Shown here in pieces: positions 61,847 through 64,000 of a DNA stretch of 64,000 nucleotides. The stretch is from sequence record NC_028999.1, one strand, 5' to 3'. The stretch's first letter is position 1, and each line of letters opens with the position of its first letter. Under the pieces are notes generated by a model. It did not search any database, was not told the origin of the DNA, and saw nothing but the letters and a program-made list of their open reading frames with translations. A program made the translations under genes and the position numbers.

Positions 61847-63277
61847 ATGCACGCTTATCTCCAGCTGTTGGAAGACATCAAGAAATACGGTGTCTTCAAA
61901 GGAGATCGAACCGGGACTGGTACTCAGTCCCTTTTCGGTCGTCAGTTCCGTTTTGATCTGAAAGACAACAACCTGCCGGTTGTGACCACCAAGTTCGTTC
62001 ATACCCCGTCGGTTGAAGTCGAACACGTCTGGATGAAGAACGGTCTCACTAACCTGAAGTTCCTGCTCGATCACAACGTGCGGATCTGGAACGAATGGTG
62101 CAAGCCGGGTACTGAAGTGCGCGTACCGGTGGACGAAGGTGAGCTGGTTGATCTGGTTCAACGCAAGTTCAAGTACGTTGACTTCGAAATGCACCACAGC
62201 AATGAAATCGAAGAAGACTACAAGTTCATCCTAGATGGTGCTCGTACCAACGGCGAGAAAGGTGCGGTACTGCTGATGAGTGGTAAAGCCTGGATGGATG
62301 TCGAGCGTTTCGGCCCAGGCCCCACTACTTACGACTTCTATGGTCATGCTCGTCGAGTCTGGCAAATCGTCTGCGGAGAAACTACTACCCTTAAAGTAGG
62401 GGAAGACGGCTTTGTTTACCGTCTCGTAGATGGTGATCTGGGTCCGGTGTATGGTAAGACCTGGCGTAATATCGAGGACACTCGGATCATCAAGAAGGCT
62501 GAACTCCAGAACTTCTTGGATCGTAAGTTCACATTCGTGGTGGATGTACCGGGTACATCTCTGGAAACCGATCGAGCTGTAGTTACCCGTAATATCGATC
62601 AACTGGCTGAACTGCTCCATGACCTGGAACACAATCCGGATTCGCGGCGTCTGATCATCTGTGCCTGGGACCCGGCTCTGGTTGATGAACAGGCATTGCC
62701 TCCGTGCCACGCATTTATTCAGTTCTGGACTCGTAAGCTGGAACTGTCCGAACGTCTGAGTCTGTGGGTTTCCAATAATGCCAATGAATTCATCAAGCAT
62801 CTGTTGGATTATAAGGGGGATTGGCCGACTCAAAACGTTATTGACATCGTCAACACTGGCGAATACCAACAAGTCATTACTCAGGTAGCCGAAAGTGATT
62901 GGCTGAAGTTTGTAGAAGCATCGGGTATTGATCTGACTGGTATTCCTGAACGAGGCATTAGTTGCCAACTCTACCAGCGATCAGTTGACGCATTCCTTGG
63001 TTTGCCCTTTAACATCACCTTCTACTCGATCATGACTCATGCACTGGCCAACCAGTTCAACATGGTTGCAGAAGAGTTCATCTGGACTGGGGGTGATTGC
63101 CACATTTATTCCAACCACCAAGAACAGACTGATCTACAACTGACTCGGAATACGTTCCCGACTCCGAAGATTCATTTCCGTGAGAAAGGTAAACCGTATC
63201 TGGAACTGGACGTAGGTGATTTCGTGATCGAAGGTTATGAGTATCACCCACACATTGCTGGCAAGGTAGCCGTCTAA
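61847..63277 (+). CDS. thyA: Thymidylate synthase with two large insertions
   Basis: DRTGTGT.SLFG.Q.RFDL, PVVTTK, IWNEW, GDLGPVYGK.WR, SRRLII.AW, ALPPCH, LYQRSVD.FLGLPFNI, GDCHIYSNH. Confidence 0.95.
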   Translation: MHAYLQLLEDIKKYGVFKGDRTGTGTQSLFGRQFRFDLKDNNLPVVTTKFVHTPSVEVEHVWMKNGLTNLKFLLDHNVRIWNEWCKPGTEVRVPVDEGELVDLVQRKFKYVDFEMHHSNEIEEDYKFILDGARTNGEKGAVLLMSGKAWMDVERFGPGPTTYDFYGHARRVWQIVCGETTTLKVGEDGFVYRLVDGDLGPVYGKTWRNIEDTRIIKKAELQNFLDRKFTFVVDVPGTSLETDRAVVTRNIDQLAELLHDLEHNPDSRRLIICAWDPALVDEQALPPCHAFIQFWTRKLELSERLSLWVSNNANEFIKHLLDYKGDWPTQNVIDIVNTGEYQQVITQVAESDWLKFVEASGIDLTGIPERGISCQLYQRSVDAFLGLPFNITFYSIMTHALANQFNMVAEEFIWTGGDCHIYSNHQEQTDLQLTRNTFPTPKIHFREKGKPYLELDVGDFVIEGYEYHPHIAGKVAV

Positions 63278-63537
63278 TGGAAAAGACCACGTTATCGTTG
63301 GAAGAACGTTGTACCTATGGAGCTCGTCAATCGATCCGTAAGGAAAGTGAGGCATCCAATGGGTATTTTGTTTGCAACAGTTTCACAATCGGTAACGTGG
63401 CTTCTCTCAAGATCTGGCAGAAGCCCAATGTCACCGATGAAGAACTACACGTCAAGTTAGATCAGATGGGTTATCCGAAATATCTGGAAGACGTGGATCC
63501 TGTTGACCTTGTTAAACAAGAAGATACCAATGTATAA
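63277..63537 (+). CDS. Hypothetical protein
   Basis: 86 aa, coupled to the thyA stop. Confidence 0.55.
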   Translation: MEKTTLSLEERCTYGARQSIRKESEASNGYFVCNSFTIGNVASLKIWQKPNVTDEELHVKLDQMGYPKYLEDVDPVDLVKQEDTNV

Positions 63538-63757
63538 ACATGTAGTAGATGGAAATGAATTGAGCAGTGCAGCCATTGATGTATTCCGCAGACTGTTCAA
63601 GAAAGGTTCCCAAGATGATGGTGATCTACCGTCCAAGTCGGGGATGCTGGAACTGATCCGTTGTGGCTTCGCCATGAAGGATTACACTATGGAATTACCT
63701 AACCGGCTGACGGTGGTAGGTCAGGAAGCTGCTGAACGTTTCTTTGGAGTACGTTAA
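63530..63757 (+). CDS. Hypothetical protein
   Basis: ATG 63530, MYKHVVDG...DDGDLPSKSG. Confidence 0.55.
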   Translation: MYKHVVDGNELSSAAIDVFRRLFKKGSQDDGDLPSKSGMLELIRCGFAMKDYTMELPNRLTVVGQEAAERFFGVR

Positions 63758-64000
63758 TGCTTGAACAATCCCAGAACTGCTTCAAAATCAACTACGCTGA
63801 AATCATCGGTAACGAAGGTAAAACCGACGGTAAGCCGCTTACTGCTTTCGGTGATGAAGCCGAAGTTCAACGTCGGCTGCAAGAGCTGGTTGACAAAGAC
63901 ATCCTGCGTTGTTCGATTCATTGGGGCGCGCATGACTACGCCACCTTCGATATCGATGTTCCGGGTACCGACCAGGTTCAAATCCTGAAGCCCGGTGACC
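63757..64000 (+). CDS. Hypothetical protein, truncated by the window edge
   Basis: Manual translation MLEQSQNCFKINYAEII... is open to the end; ggag RBS. Confidence 0.55.
   Translation, partial: MLEQSQNCFKINYAEIIGNEGKTDGKPLTAFGDEAEVQRRLQELVDKDILRCSIHWGAHDYATFDIDVPGTDQVQILKPGD

Noticed and set aside
61847-63277. thyA insertions as inteins, or the enzyme as a dCMP hydroxymethylase
   Set aside because: No N-terminal C/S/A and C-terminal HN splice motifs; Asn retained in GLPFNI

Overview
This is a 64 kb segment of a phiKZ-like (nucleus-forming, Chimalliviridae-type) jumbo phage. I infer this from gene content and order, not from a database search. The left part (1-20972) is the conserved head/virion-RNAP/tail block in phiKZ gp175-gp182 order: prohead protease (runs off the left edge and is missing from the ORF track), structural proteins, virion RNAP beta-like subunit, virion RNAP beta'-like subunit with DFDGD, giant lytic-transglycosylase tail protein and a gp182-like protein. 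The beta-like subunit is split by a group I intron (5668-7019) encoding a NUMOD4-HNH endonuclease. The rest is mostly + strand accessory and metabolic genes: thymidylate kinase, DEDD nuclease, SF2 helicase with a class 3 intein, dCTP deaminase, NAD-dependent ligase, macrodomain protein and thymidylate synthase. It also holds a cassette of virion/tail-fibre-like paralogs, many hypothetical ORFs, phiKZ-type TATATTAC early promoters and many intrinsic terminators. The top leads are (1) a Tad1-like immune-signal sponge fused to an acidic, head-propeptide-like N-terminus at the end of the structural operon, possibly capsid-packaged; (2) an early-expressed SspB-like ClpXP adaptor that keeps a ClpX-binding-like tail; (3) an ORF-free intergenic unit with three GNRA hairpins, a middle-promoter-like motif and a terminator (candidate structured ncRNA). 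All family assignments are motif recognition by eye.
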